Position numbers and translations under genes: made by a program
Source of the DNA: Octopus vulgaris
Taxonomy: Eukaryota
Assembly (NCBI GenBank): GCA_951406725.2
Contig: OX597818.1
Location: forward strand, 1,302,001-1,366,000
DNA length: 64,000 bases
Direction of reading: 5' to 3'
Part shown: one piece after another, positions 1 to 13,275 of the stretch
Position numbering within the stretch: the stretch's first letter is position 1
How the letters are laid out: each line of letters begins with the position of its first letter
The notes under the pieces: generated by a model
What the model saw: only the letters and a program-made list of their open reading frames with translations
Told to the model about the DNA's origin: nothing
The model's database searches: none

Positions 1-40
1 CTGGGAATTCTCTGTCTGAAAGTTTTATGCATACACACCT

Positions 41-118
41 TGTCTCTGATTACGGAATACCCAGTGTATGGAGATGTTGTACCATCACCTGGAATATCTC
101 AGAAACAGCTGTAAGATA
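41..118 (+). ncRNA. Degenerate type I hammerhead ribozyme with extended helix II
   Basis: tgtct-CTGATTA-[ccag..atgg/ccat..ctgg stem]-GAAA-cagctg-TA-agata. Helix I is tgtct/agata and helix III is palindromic. G8 is replaced by U. Confidence 0.55.
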
Positions 119-681
119 TTAATTGCTTCTACGTCTCCATTTTTGATTCACCTTACTCTAATTAAACTTTCTAAATGACTTGAGATACTCGTCTTGCCTT
201 GATTTTGTTTTCCTTTTCCTTTAATCCATGGGAGGAGCTTTTTCGGTAAAAAAAAATATTCAAAAATATTTTAACGAGGGAAAAAGTCGAATCATGTGAT
301 TTTTCCGAAACTCCACTCCCCACCCCATCCGAAAAATTCTGTCTCATAAATCCTTAAAAACTTTCAAGTCACAGCATGTAAGCAGTATTTGTTGAAAATT
401 TCGTTAAAAAGTATTCATTTTTCTGGAGGTTATGAGGCATCAAAGTCGATGAGGTATATATCTGTAGTTATTGCAGCAAAAAACTATCTAGTGTTCACAG
501 TAAAAGGCAATAATTCCATGTGTTACGGCTTAAATTGGTAGGAACAAACCCCAAAGAGAACGTGTATCTCGGAAACACGTAGTCTGAATTGCACGAAACT
601 CGTTTTATTCCGTTTGTATTCCCATTTCAGGGTTTCTTTACCTTCAGAGTATTTTTCCATCATGCGCCGGTTTGGCTGTAT

Positions 682-1556
682 TAAATTATGTTCTCAGAGG
701 CACAAGTGAAACTAATTTCAATTGTGAACCTCAGTCCTTGTTTGAAAAGGAAATCCAGATTTCCTTTTCAAACAAGGACAAAGGTTTACAATTAAAACTA
801 GTTTCACTTGTGCCTCTGAGAACATAATTTATGTAATAACCTGCTCGGGGTGCGTACACAACTATATTGGACAAACGAGTATGACCTTGAGAAAGAGAAC
901 CACTCTACATAAAGAGCAAATCCGTTTCCCGCAATACAGGCAAATTCCTCTCAGTGAACATATGGAAAAATGTGCAGATAACATCAAACCAAATTTCACA
1001 GTCTTCCCCTTCTACCAGTGCAAAGACTCAATATCTCCACAAGAACGTTTAAATAATTTTTTTTGTATTGAAAATACAGAACACGTCTTAATATGCACGC
1101 ATAACCAACTTTTATCTTTTTTACGTACTTCAATTCACGATTACGTCACTGTACATAAATCCCCTCACTAAACAAGGTTTTCGAAGCTTGTTTTTGTCTG
1201 TACATATTTATTCCCCTCCCACTACCGAAAGCTGAACAGTTATCTCCCTTACCCACAACAATAAAAATAATAACGATAACCAATTACCACCCCTTATTTA
1301 TCTACTTGTAAAGTCATCCACTCGTGAATATCATCACACACAACATGGACAAAATTTCTTCTTAAGAAAAAATACATATTCAAATAAGTAAAACATAATA
1401 TCATGAAAAGCGATTGCGAAACCGGTCGAAATATTAAAAATTATATTAAAACTATGTAGCAAGTATATTAAATTATATTAAAACTATTTTCTTTTTTTAA
1501 ATTCTTATATACATTACAACTCACCATGTGGGGATAATCGAAATTCCTCCTTTCTG

Positions 1557-1557
<1 letters not shown>
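682..1557 (+). mobile_element. 5'-truncated Penelope-like element (GIY-YIG endonuclease end plus 3' UTR) with inverted 5' end
   Basis: Frames give FTCASENIIYVITCSGC..YIGQTSMTLRKRTTLH..EH. 682-755 is an inverted copy of 758-831. It ends at (TA)n and is closely similar to 62280-63193. Confidence 0.85.
1396..1436 (+). ncRNA. Minimal hammerhead motif in Penelope 3' UTR (mutated core)
   Basis: taatatc-ATGAAAA-gc gatt gc-GAAA-ccgg-TC-gaaatatta, at the same position as the motif at 63052. Confidence 0.55.
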
Positions 1558-1597
<40 letters not shown>

Positions 1598-2193
1598 ATG
1601 AGATAGGGTTGAAAATTCAACCCACCATGGGATAATATATATCCAATATACTGCTAGATAGGTACCAACAAAATTAATACATAGATGTTAGAAATTGTCA
1701 AGCAATCAGTTCATCTATTGTATTAAATGGGTAAGGGTAATAATATTACCGTAAATTAATACTACAAAATTAGAGAATGGAGAAACATACTTAAATCAAT
1801 AAAGCATCAACTATCCGATGATACTCAATCCATACTTTAATACAACATTACATAGGAGTAAAGGCAATATATAAAATGAAATGAGATATACAGTAATAGT
1901 AAAAGTTAAATATAAAAATATAAAAAAGTAAAATATAAAAACTTATACATCATAATGCTACACTTGTATAATATAATACATATTTGTACAAAAAGGAAGG
2001 TAACCAGAACAAAATAAAACAAAATATATAACAGTGTATATATAATATTAATAAGTACCGATATCATACATATTTAGCTAATAGTTTTTTATAAAAAAAG
2101 GGGCTAACACATATGGAGATGAAAAATAGTAATAATTAAATCCGTGGTACAGTTCATAAAGTTCTAAAGCTATAAAAGTTAATAAAAATTACT

Positions 2194-2236
<43 letters not shown>

Positions 2237-2308
2237 GTAATAATAATAAAAAATAATAAAAATAGATACAGTTAAGTTATCACCAAGTCCATCCTTCCAA
2301 GATCGAAA

Positions 2309-2346
<38 letters not shown>

Positions 2347-2348
<2 letters not shown>

Positions 2349-2720
2349 TAATGTTTGTTGCCACTTCAACATGGTTACTCTGTACGGAACGATGTTGCTG
2401 CTACTTTTTCACCACAGGAGAATCTTCTACAGGTTAACGACACAACCTGTGTCCGACATATTGCAAGCAGGGGAGCGAATTCCTACCATCTAGCGATTTG
2501 ACAGGACCAGTAGACCAGCTTGGTTGCAGAGTATTTGCCTTTCCTCAGTACTGAACACCTGCCCGCTACAGATAGCAGTCTTTCGCCCTAGCTCGCAATG
2601 TATAGAAAAGTAATTCAGTAAAGTAGCTTGTTCTATACAAGATGCAAGTAGTAATTATACTGAAAAGTAATGTTTGTTGCCACTAAAACATGACTGTTCC
2701 TTATGGAACGACGTGTTTGA
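2347..2720 (-). mobile_element. Retrozyme-like ~320-bp unit (1.2 copies) next to (TA)n
   Basis: aagtaatgtttgttgccact... recurs at 2347 and 2666, and the unit contains a minus-strand hammerhead. Confidence 0.55.
2508..2553 (-). ncRNA. Type I hammerhead motif (A13C variant)
   Basis: Minus strand reads cagta-CTGAGGA-aaggcaaatactct-GCAA-ccaagctgg-TC-tactg, with a perfect 5-bp helix I. Confidence 0.6.
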
Positions 2721-2824
2721 GTCTGTAGGTATACACTATAATAATTTATCTGTATGCTATATCTTAGTTGTTCTAAATTATCTATTATCTTTTGATATTC
2801 TATATCTATATACATACATATATA

Positions 2825-3741
2825 CGAGGGGCGTTCAATAAGCAATGCCTTTGACCCACTTGCAGTTGTTTGATCTGAAATTTTGCATGTGCAATTATTT
2901 ATATCTCTATAGATTAAGTGGCAAATTACAGCTCTGAACTAATTGTGGTTTCTGATTTACAGGTGTTTGAACTGAGTCAAGTGTGAAATGGAGCCTGTTG
3001 AGTGTCGAGCAGTGATGCGGTTTTTGTATTTGAAAGGACGCACACCACGGGAGATTTTTGATGAAATAAAAGTAACTTATGGTGATGATGCCCCATCATA
3101 TGACCTTGTAAAACGCTGGTATCGTGAATTCAAACATGGTCGGAACTTTGTGGAAACAGCTCCCAGATCTGGTCGCCCCTTCTGCCATTGATGAGGCATC
3201 TGTCCGTCAAGTTGAGGCTGCCATTTTGGAAGATCGACGCATAACTATTCGCCAAATAGCCCATGAGGTCAAGATTAGTACCGGGTCTGTGGAAACTATC
3301 ATTCATGACCATTTGCATATGCAAAAGGTGTCTGCCAGATGGATTCCCAGGCTGCTCACACCTTTCCAGAAGCAAGAACGCGTCGATTGCGCGAGGATGA
3401 ATTTGAAGATGTGCCAAGAAGATGAGTCAAAATTCATCCCACATTCTCCCTACTCTCCTGACCTGCACCCTCTGATTTTCACCCCTTCCCAGCCATGAAG
3501 TTGTTTTTGAAAGGAAAGTGTTTCCCAGATGATGCAGCCTTGATTTCTGAAGTCACGTCGTGGTTGGAGGACCAAGCTGGGGTCTTCTACAAAAACGGTC
3601 TTTAGAGCTGCATCAAACGATGGGAGAAATGCGTAACTCTGGGCGGTTCCTATGTAGAAAAATACTAATAAATGTGCCAAGTTTCGTTGCTCTACTGGTA
3701 TGGGAAGTGGGTCAGGGGCATTACTTATTGAACGCCCCTCG
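2825..3741 (+). mobile_element. Internally deleted mariner transposon
   Basis: TIRs cgaggggcgttcaataag / cttattgaacgcccctcg with TA on both sides. Frames give the HTH region, WIPRLL and YSPDL. Most of the catalytic domain is deleted and there are frameshifts. Confidence 0.92.
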
Positions 3742-4504
3742 TAATGACAGTAAACTTTTCTTTCATTCTCTGAAAATATTTTTAATTAATCTTCTGATTT
3801 ATTTATTTATTTATTTATTACTAAGGACGAAGCACAATTTAACGAAGAAACAATTCAGTTTCATTTACCTTGAAAAGTTGTCTGTGTTTGTGTGTTTGAC
3901 AGCATGGGAGAGTATGATAAATGGTTCTACTAGCAGTTTACTATGAACTGAAGAATGGAAAAAACAGTGCAATGCCATATTACATTGTAAATACAAAATT
4001 GTGAGTCAACACCATTTTGTTAACATTAGAACAGGCACTGGGTGTGAAGGGATGCATGGTTTTGGAAATAAAGGAAAATTATCGTTTACTTTCTGTCATT
4101 TATCTGTTCATTTATTTACATATGTATTAATCCTTTTATTTATTCTTTTGTTCTCTCGATTTATGCTTTTTCTTGACCGGTTAATTCGAATCTGTGATCA
4201 ATTATGCATTTGTCTTTTGCTTTACCTATGATATACAAATGAAGTGATAGAATATTTTGGACGAAGGGTATATAATCTTGAAAGTACAAGTTTATCTTGG
4301 AAATGGATTTTATACTTTAACCTGATGAGTTGATATTTTGCGGCATCAGTACAATGAAAGCGACGCAGTATGTTGTTACACATATATAATAATAGTATTA
4401 TTGCAATACCTTTCTGCTAAAATATCGATGAAACAGTTGTAGAATTATGTAATAAAATTCCATTCTTCTTTTCATTGTATATATGCATGTATATTTATGT
4501 ATGC

Positions 4505-4635
<131 letters not shown>

Positions 4636-5818
4636 CATAGATACATACGCACATACATGTATAAAATGTCAATATTGTTATTCGTTATATATACATAAAT
4701 TTTCTTGATTTATATTGGTTCAACATATTTCAAGTGATGTTTATCCCCCAACTTAACAACATATTAATTATTTTCGCCTTTAAAATTAGATACCACACAC
4801 TATAACAGCTGTTGTTGTCTTATGTTACCTCTACATTTTAATTGCTTTATTTCTTCACATATTTGTTACACAAAAGATATTTACGCACTCCAAAGGATAA
4901 TGGAATATATTTACGCACTACAAAGGCAAACAAAATAGTTTTTACTAGAGGGATTAATGGCAAACCTATTGGGTCATTTCTGAAATATTTATCTAAAAAA
5001 CTTGAAAGCGTAGCCTGTGTTGTGTCTGTATGGAAAGATATTCGCTCATCTGCTACTCAATGAAAAGTGAAAGAAACTGGAATACGATGATTATTTAAAG
5101 CACTTTATATATACACTTTAAATACTTTATGCACACTTTTATAGACTTAATACACAGCGATCATAAAATAAATATTCACTCTTATTTTTCAATATTTCCC
5201 TATAAGCAAAAAAAAAACAAAATCTCCTACATGTGATAGAAACTTTAGTTAAATTGCATATATCTGCCATGTAAATAAGTGTGAATATTTCATGGAATTG
5301 CACTTACGTGCATCCGTTAAGTTATAGGCGATATTAAAAAATTAGTTCAATTTTTAAAGAATACACTTTTCACTATCCAAAAACCACTGCCACCTCTATA
5401 ACCGCCACCACCACCTTTGGCATAGGAAGCAGGAATAATTTTCTGGCCCTCACATAATTTGTCAATGTAATTATCTCTCAAGGCGTTTCTCCAATTCTCA
5501 GACACATTTTCATCGGAACTAATTTGATTGTTCTTGTCAACCAAATCATTGATTTGTAACCTGCTTTGTTCGGCGTTTCTTATAATCGCCTCTCAGCTAC
5601 GGTTGTTTTTAAACCACGTGCGAGTAATCTTTCTGATTAATTGCAGCGTTTTCAGGTGTGCGTCGGTACACCTCTTGGCTATAAAGATAGCTGTGCAAAA
5701 TGTCTCTGATAACATGAACTGTGAATACCAAGAATATAAAAGTAGTTCTCAGGCTCGACATCTAGAACGTTTTAATTCGATCCATCAATCCATTGATTTA
5801 CATCCTTGTTAAAGACAT

Positions 5819-5897
<79 letters not shown>

Positions 5898-5997
5898 TTT
5901 TTCTGAATCTTCAGATTTTTCTATATGCTAGACCAATGGTTTTAAATTGATATTAATCAAATTAATATTCAATTTTTCACCCTTATTATTTTAAATT

Positions 5998-6076
<79 letters not shown>

Positions 6077-6256
6077 CTGTTGTGTCTGTTCCTTTTGTGC
6101 CTTAGTATTTAACACACTTACCAGTAAAATTAACACTTATTTTTTATTTTTATTTTCCTAAAATTTTCGTTGCATCTTCCAACCTTTTCAATAATCTTGA
6201 CTCTGTCCGTTATTAACACTGCGTTCCTTTTTCCTTGTTTGTGCGCATGTGTGTGT

Positions 6257-6292
<36 letters not shown>

Positions 6293-6299
6293 CTATGCA

Positions 6300-6359
<60 letters not shown>

Positions 6360-7472
6360 CGCATACATCTGTGTGTATGTATATATGTATGTGTATGCAT
6401 ATGTATATATGTATGCGTGTGCATCTGTATGTATGTATTATGCTTAAGACTAAAGATAAACTTTATGGACACATATCACTCAAATTTGCTGCTGCTCTGC
6501 TTATGATAAGTTTTGTTGGCCACTAGTTATTGTACCGAACACCAGGCCATATTGGACGTTTTATTCTAGAAATTCCTTGAGTCTACTACGATACGAAGAC
6601 TACGTAACAACGTTGTTCTTATTGACAAAGAAACACAACATGGAATTTAGAACATGCCAAAGTTAATGAGGGAACAAAGATTTCTGGTGTGGCGCAGTAA
6701 AATGCATCTCAGTTCCGGTCGTTTAAAGAAAAAACACACATTGAACTTCATATCTAGAGTTGTAAAGGATCCCTAATTAATACATTTCGCTGGAATCTAC
6801 ATTTTAGATAGATTTAAAAAACATATACTTGCTACAGAGAGGAATTCGTTTCAGTGAAAACATTATTGGAATTATATTACATTGTAAGAAAGTTAACTCA
6901 CATTGCATTGTATTAAAAGCTTCATTCAATCACTATGGAACAAATATTTTGTAACCACTAAGCCAAATAGAAAACTGCTTTAGAAGCAATAGTTCATAAC
7001 TTTACTTGAGCAATCACCTCTACTTTGATAATATTTATGAGAGTCTGACATAAAAAAAAAACCAGGTATATATTAGATATTTGAGTCACTTTTAGTTTGT
7101 TGCGTGAAAAATCTCTATTTTAGTCAGTTTTTACTAAAATATATGAATTACATTGTTGAATTATGTCGAGTTCTCTATATTGTTCGTGGTCTAATTCCTT
7201 CGCAATAAGCAATAAAAGATATCGTTGCTTTATTAAACGTCCAGCTGAAAGAAATGTTCCTCAAAAAGATACCAGACAAACCGCCAACACCCATATATAT
7301 TTCTACCAACAACTCCCTAATTCAAAAGGGTATGGTGTCCCAAAATATGATTTAAAAGGCTTCAAACATGACCTGGCCTAAATCGTGTCTAAATGTAAGT
7401 TGTGCAAGCACGCATGCATAATTACACACACACACACACACAAACGCACACACATACACACACACACATACA

Positions 7473-7510
<38 letters not shown>

Positions 7511-7910
7511 CACACACACACATAAATATGTCTATGCTCATGTAAACGTTTGGTTACACCAGTCATAGACACATGAATAGGCTCCATAAACTAACGTCTG
7601 CGAAGGTATTATATCTTTTATATTAACTAAGTATATAATATATATTTCTAATAAATGGATGTGATTTATTTTCTTAGTGTCTTAATATTGTTTATTCTAT
7701 AAAGCACAATCATTCCAATATTGAATATATGAGCCATGTTTCCATGTTACAGTTTGCACTTTTCTAACGAGCAAACATTATATTTACGACCTGTGTTACT
7801 CTCAGATTTATATCTACAGTGTATTTGCTTATTTCCCCATGTTTCTGTAGCTTATTTTGATATATTTTATATTTTATAGCTTTGTCAATAAAATTACTTC
7901 TTCAAATAAA

Positions 7911-7966
7911 AGAAACCCAGCTCTAGCCCACATAGATACACGCATAAAACTGTTTTATATATATAT

Positions 7967-8005
<39 letters not shown>

Positions 8006-8057
8006 ATACTTTAAACAGTTTTATGCGTGTATCTATGTGGGCTAGAGCTGAGTTTCT
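7911..8057. repeat. 45-bp inverted repeat around a (TA)n tract
   Basis: 7911-7955 is the reverse complement of 8013-8057 with one mismatch. Confidence 0.9.
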
Positions 8058-8303
8058 CTTAACGATCTGGTGTCAGCAACGATTATCGTTTTAGTAAAGA
8101 ACTCACTTAAAAAAAAAAAAAATTAAGTCATTAAGGAATTCTGTTATTGGATGTTATGGGCATTCACACGATAAAAAGCAGAAACTGACCTGCTTGTGCA
8201 GAAACAGTTCGCTGGCAAATAAACACCAGAGTGTTCAACAAATATTTGTATTATTATCAAGGCTGTCTTTATTCGATATTTATGTAAATATATTGAATAA
8301 TTA

Positions 8304-8352
<49 letters not shown>

Positions 8353-8368
8353 GTTATTGTTGTTGTTG

Positions 8369-8424
<56 letters not shown>

Positions 8425-8427
8425 GTT

Positions 8428-8507
<80 letters not shown>

Positions 8508-8517
8508 CTTAATGTAA

Positions 8518-10555
8518 ACCCTTATGGTTAATAACTCTGCTGAATGCAGAGTTCAAAATTTTGGCCAATGTGTTAGCTACGAGGTTGGCGGTTGTCGTCG
8601 GGGATCTGGTAGGGAAGGCAGAGACATGTGCCATCCCGAAAAGATTCGTTCACAACAACCCCTACCTCATGCGAGGTAGTGAGAAAGTGACTAAAAAACC
8701 TGGCACGGGTTACATCCTGTTCAGTTAAGATCCCTAAAGTTTTCCATAGGATGTGCTATATCAGGTGGTGGTCCTCAAGACAGCTTGTATTCAGGGGTTG
8801 GATCGCAGCAAAGCACAGTGACATCTGTTCAGTGCTCAGATTGAACGGTCACCTCTCAGAGCCGTTTAACATCATGCGCTCGGCCCGGCAAGGTTGTCCC
8901 CTCTCATCTCTCTTGTACGTACTGACTCTCGAGCCACTGCTGCACAAACTGGAGGCGTTGAGAGGCATCCCGCGTGACCTAGGATGTAGGATATGTGTGT
9001 CGGCATATGCTGACTACGTCACCGTAGTGGTGTCGGATCATAAACACATAGAAATGATCGGCACCGCCCTCAGAGATTACGAGGCGGTTTCAGGAGCGGC
9101 AGTTAACCAGGAAAAGTCAGCGGGCTTGCGGGTCGGCACCTGTAGAAGCAAGTCCGTGCCGTCCAACTGCGCCGTTGGGTGCTGGACGGACGGGTTAAAT
9201 TGCTTGGAGTCTGGTTTGGTCCGGACCTCCAGATGGACAAAAACTGGGACGAGCTAACGAGCAGGGTGAATACCTGCACGCAGAAATGGGCTGAGAGAAA
9301 GCTATCCCTGCAAGGTCGGGCAGAGGTGGCTAACGCGTATATCGCGTCTACTTGATCGTTTTGCCTTGTCCGGGCGTATACTCTTCCACTTCTTGTTGAA
9401 CGGAAGCCTCCCGATGGTTAGGTGATCTATCTGCTGTCAGCACCTGCTGCGTGGTGGCCTGAGCATGCCGTAGTTGATGATGCACAGACATGTATTGAGG
9501 CTACTACATTACCAGTGCTTCCTTAAGGGTGAACAGGTGTGATCACCGTTCGCCAGACACATATTTCTGCTGCTAGTTTCGTTAAAGGAGCTGAAGTCCT
9601 TGGTAAAACAGAAACTGACGGGGCAGCTTTTGGAAAGTGAACTGTCCCCAAGCGCTCACAGCCCTCAGCCAATCGGACAGTGCGATAGGTGAAACGTTCA
9701 CTTTAGCTTTTTTATAGGTGATTAGTGGAGGAGAAGTGCGACGACGTTTCTGGGGAGACCCTGGGCGTCGAAGAAGATCAGCTAGTCACTTTTTTCCGGA
9801 GAACTTTTGGGCCGGGACCGATGGATAATTTCCCAAAATCTCTGGCCTGGCAACGCTACCGGGGAGCTTTGCCTGTTCGAGATAAACTTTACAGGAATGG
9901 AAGTGCCATCAGCCGAGCATGTCCGATATGCACGCAGGACGACTAGATGGTCTTGCATGCACTCGTCCAGTGCCCGAGCATTGCTGACCTGTGGATTTAT
10001 GTCGGACACTTGCTGTCGCGTGTGGAACGGACCCATCTGCCAAGTGAATCCACCGAGATCGCCCTGCCGCCTTCCTGTAGCCGAGAAGGAAAGGCTGTTT
10101 TTATATGCCTGGTGGCCATGACGAAAGAGGTTGTATGGTGGACGAAGTCGAAGGGGCTGAAGACAAACACTTTTCTCTTTGGTCAATCTTTAATGAACTT
10201 CTTCAAGTTTCACTTGAAAAGGAAAATGAGGGTAGAGAGGGAAGTGTTGTCTTCTAGCCAGTTTGCTGAAAGGTGGATATAAGTGGTGAGAATGGTTCGA
10301 GTGAACGGATCTGCCCTGTAGGAAAAAAGGCACCAGCCCCAAAACCGTACCATAGGTTTTATTTTGTTTTTCCCTTAACAGTCCTTGGACGTCTCCTCCA
10401 TATTGAAGATTACACATTGTTGGTTTATTTTTTGTTTATAATTTTGTTAGTCTTGTTTACTCGCAAAATCCTCACAACACACACTCACACACATACATAG
10501 ACACATTCTTTGTTTTGTCCTGTGCTGTCCATAATGTGGTTAATAAAGAAATCGT
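8518..10555 (+). mobile_element. Decayed 5'-truncated Tx1/L1-clade LINE (RT plus C-terminal zinc finger)
   Basis: RQGCPLS, SAYADY and CPICTQDD..HALVQC motifs. Homologous to 20278-22165, follows an (ATT)n tract and ends at aataaag. Confidence 0.88.
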
Positions 10556-10642
10556 TATTAGTATTATTATGGCCTTCAGCCTGGCAAGCCACGCTTGACG
10601 TCGCTCCGTGAATTTTAAATGGTTGTAACACGGGTTAACCAA

Positions 10643-11219
<577 letters not shown>

Positions 11220-11222
11220 GCC

Positions 11223-11267
<45 letters not shown>

Positions 11268-11284
11268 CTCTATCTATGCTACTT

Positions 11285-12280
11285 TGCTATTTTTTCTGTA
11301 CCTCTCATATTGATTTTTTCTTCATTTGGTACTGTAAAGTCAATTATCTGGTACTCTCTTTTCTCTTTATCTACTGTTACTAAATCAGGCCTTCTAGGTT
11401 CTATTACTCTGTCAGTCTGAATGTTAAAGTCCCACAACATCTTGTATTTCTTACTTTCTAGTACTTTACTAGGTTCATGTTCATACCATTTATCAGTATG
11501 TTCAAATCCTAGCTTTCTATATAGTTACCAGTGGATTACTCTCCCTACGTTGTCATGTCTTTTCTTGTGTTCTTTCCATGCCAGTATGCTGCATTCACTT
11601 TCTATATGAGTAACACTTTCCTCTTTTGATTTGCATAACCTGCATTAGGAATCTACTTGTTTTTTCTCTATCCTGGCTTTTATCCAATTAGTCCTAGCAA
11701 ACTTTCTGCCTTCCTTTTCAGCTTTCCTTTCTGCAACCATAGCCATGTCTCACTACTACCATTTGCTGCAACTATCTTTGGGGGTTTACCATGCAACGTC
11801 TTCTCCTATCAGTCAGACAATTTCTGTTCTTTTTTCTGGCTTTTAACTTTGAGTTTTTGGTTTCCCTATGTCTTACTAACTCCACGCAGTCTTCTACTGA
11901 TTTTCTTATGGAGTGTGAAACAGTTTTTTGTTGTATTAGTGTATGTATTGTGTGTAATATATTTCAGTGGATATTTGCTGTATAGAGTGCAGCTTGTGTT
12001 TGTGGGTTGTTTTGTTTAGGTTGTATTATTGAATCGATAGTGTCTTGCGTAGGATGTGGGCTGTTCCTAGAAAGGCTATTTTTTTTGTGTGTGCAGTGTT
12101 GATGTATAGCTTCTAAGTTTTTGTTCATATATTTTTTTTATCATGCCCAATGCTTCAATTATTGCTATTATTGTTTTCACCTTCAGGATCCACACCTTGA
12201 ATGCTTCAATTTCAATGTCTTTGCGCTTTGAAAAATTTTCCACTTCTTTTTGGACAATATTTTGGTCAGAAGGGACTGCA
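11285..12280 (-). mobile_element. Fragments of an R4/Dong-like LINE (restriction-like endonuclease)
   Basis: Minus frames give [19 protein letters not shown] and IAFLGTAHILRKTLSIQ*. Confidence 0.75.
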
Positions 12281-12336
<56 letters not shown>

Positions 12337-12347
12337 GGATAATAATC

Positions 12348-12379
<32 letters not shown>

Positions 12380-12397
12380 CATCATTAATACTGTTTA

Positions 12398-13218
12398 TTG
12401 TTAATAATTTTTCAGATACTCTATCTTCTAATTAGCCTTAAGAATAAACAACGTTTATTACCCACACTTTAACATCTAATTTTTTACCCACACTCTAATA
12501 TCTTTCTAATTAGCCTTTTTACCCACATTTTAAATATTTGTTAATATATTTTCAGATACTCTATCCTCTAATTAGCCTTAAGATTAAATATTGTTTAACA
12601 TTGTTAATAATTTTTCAGATACTCTATCTTCTAATTAGCCTTAAGAATAAACAACGTTTATTACCCACACTTTAACATCTAATTTTTTACCCACACTCTA
12701 ATATCTTTCTAATTAGCCTTTTTACCCACATTTTAAATATTTGTTAATATATTTTCAGATACTCTATCCTCTAATTAGCCTTAAGATTAAATAACGTTTT
12801 TACCCACACTTTAACTTTTTCACCCACACTTTAATATATTTTTGAATACTCTACCTTCTAATTAGCCTCAAGATTAAATAACGATTATTACCCACACTTT
12901 AATATAATTGTAATATTGTTAACATATTTTCAGATACTCTATCCTCTAATTAGCCTTAAGATTAAATAACGTTTTTATCCACACTTTAACTTTTTCACCC
13001 ACACTTTAATTTATTTTTGAATACTCTACCTTCTAATTAGCCCAAGATTAAATAACGATTATTACCCACACTTTAATATAATTGTAATATTGTTAACATA
13101 TTTTCAGATACTCTATCTCCTAATTAGCCTAAGATTAAATAACGTTTTTACCCACAAACTTTAATATTGTTAATATTAATAATACTCTATCCCATAATTA
13201 GCCTTAAGATTAAATATC
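12398..13218 (+). repeat. Complex tandem repeat upstream of LINE ORF1
   Basis: Repeated atactctatc.tctaattagccttaag and ttacccacacttt motifs, with higher-order periods of about 203 and 177 bp. Confidence 0.9.
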
Positions 13219-13275
13219 TTCTTGTCTTCTATCGAACATAGTTAAATAGATAAACAAATAGACAGATCATCCAGC

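Noticed and set aside
12398-13218. Possible CRISPR-like repeat/spacer array
   Set aside because: The spacers are themselves repeated, there are no cas genes and the context is eukaryotic
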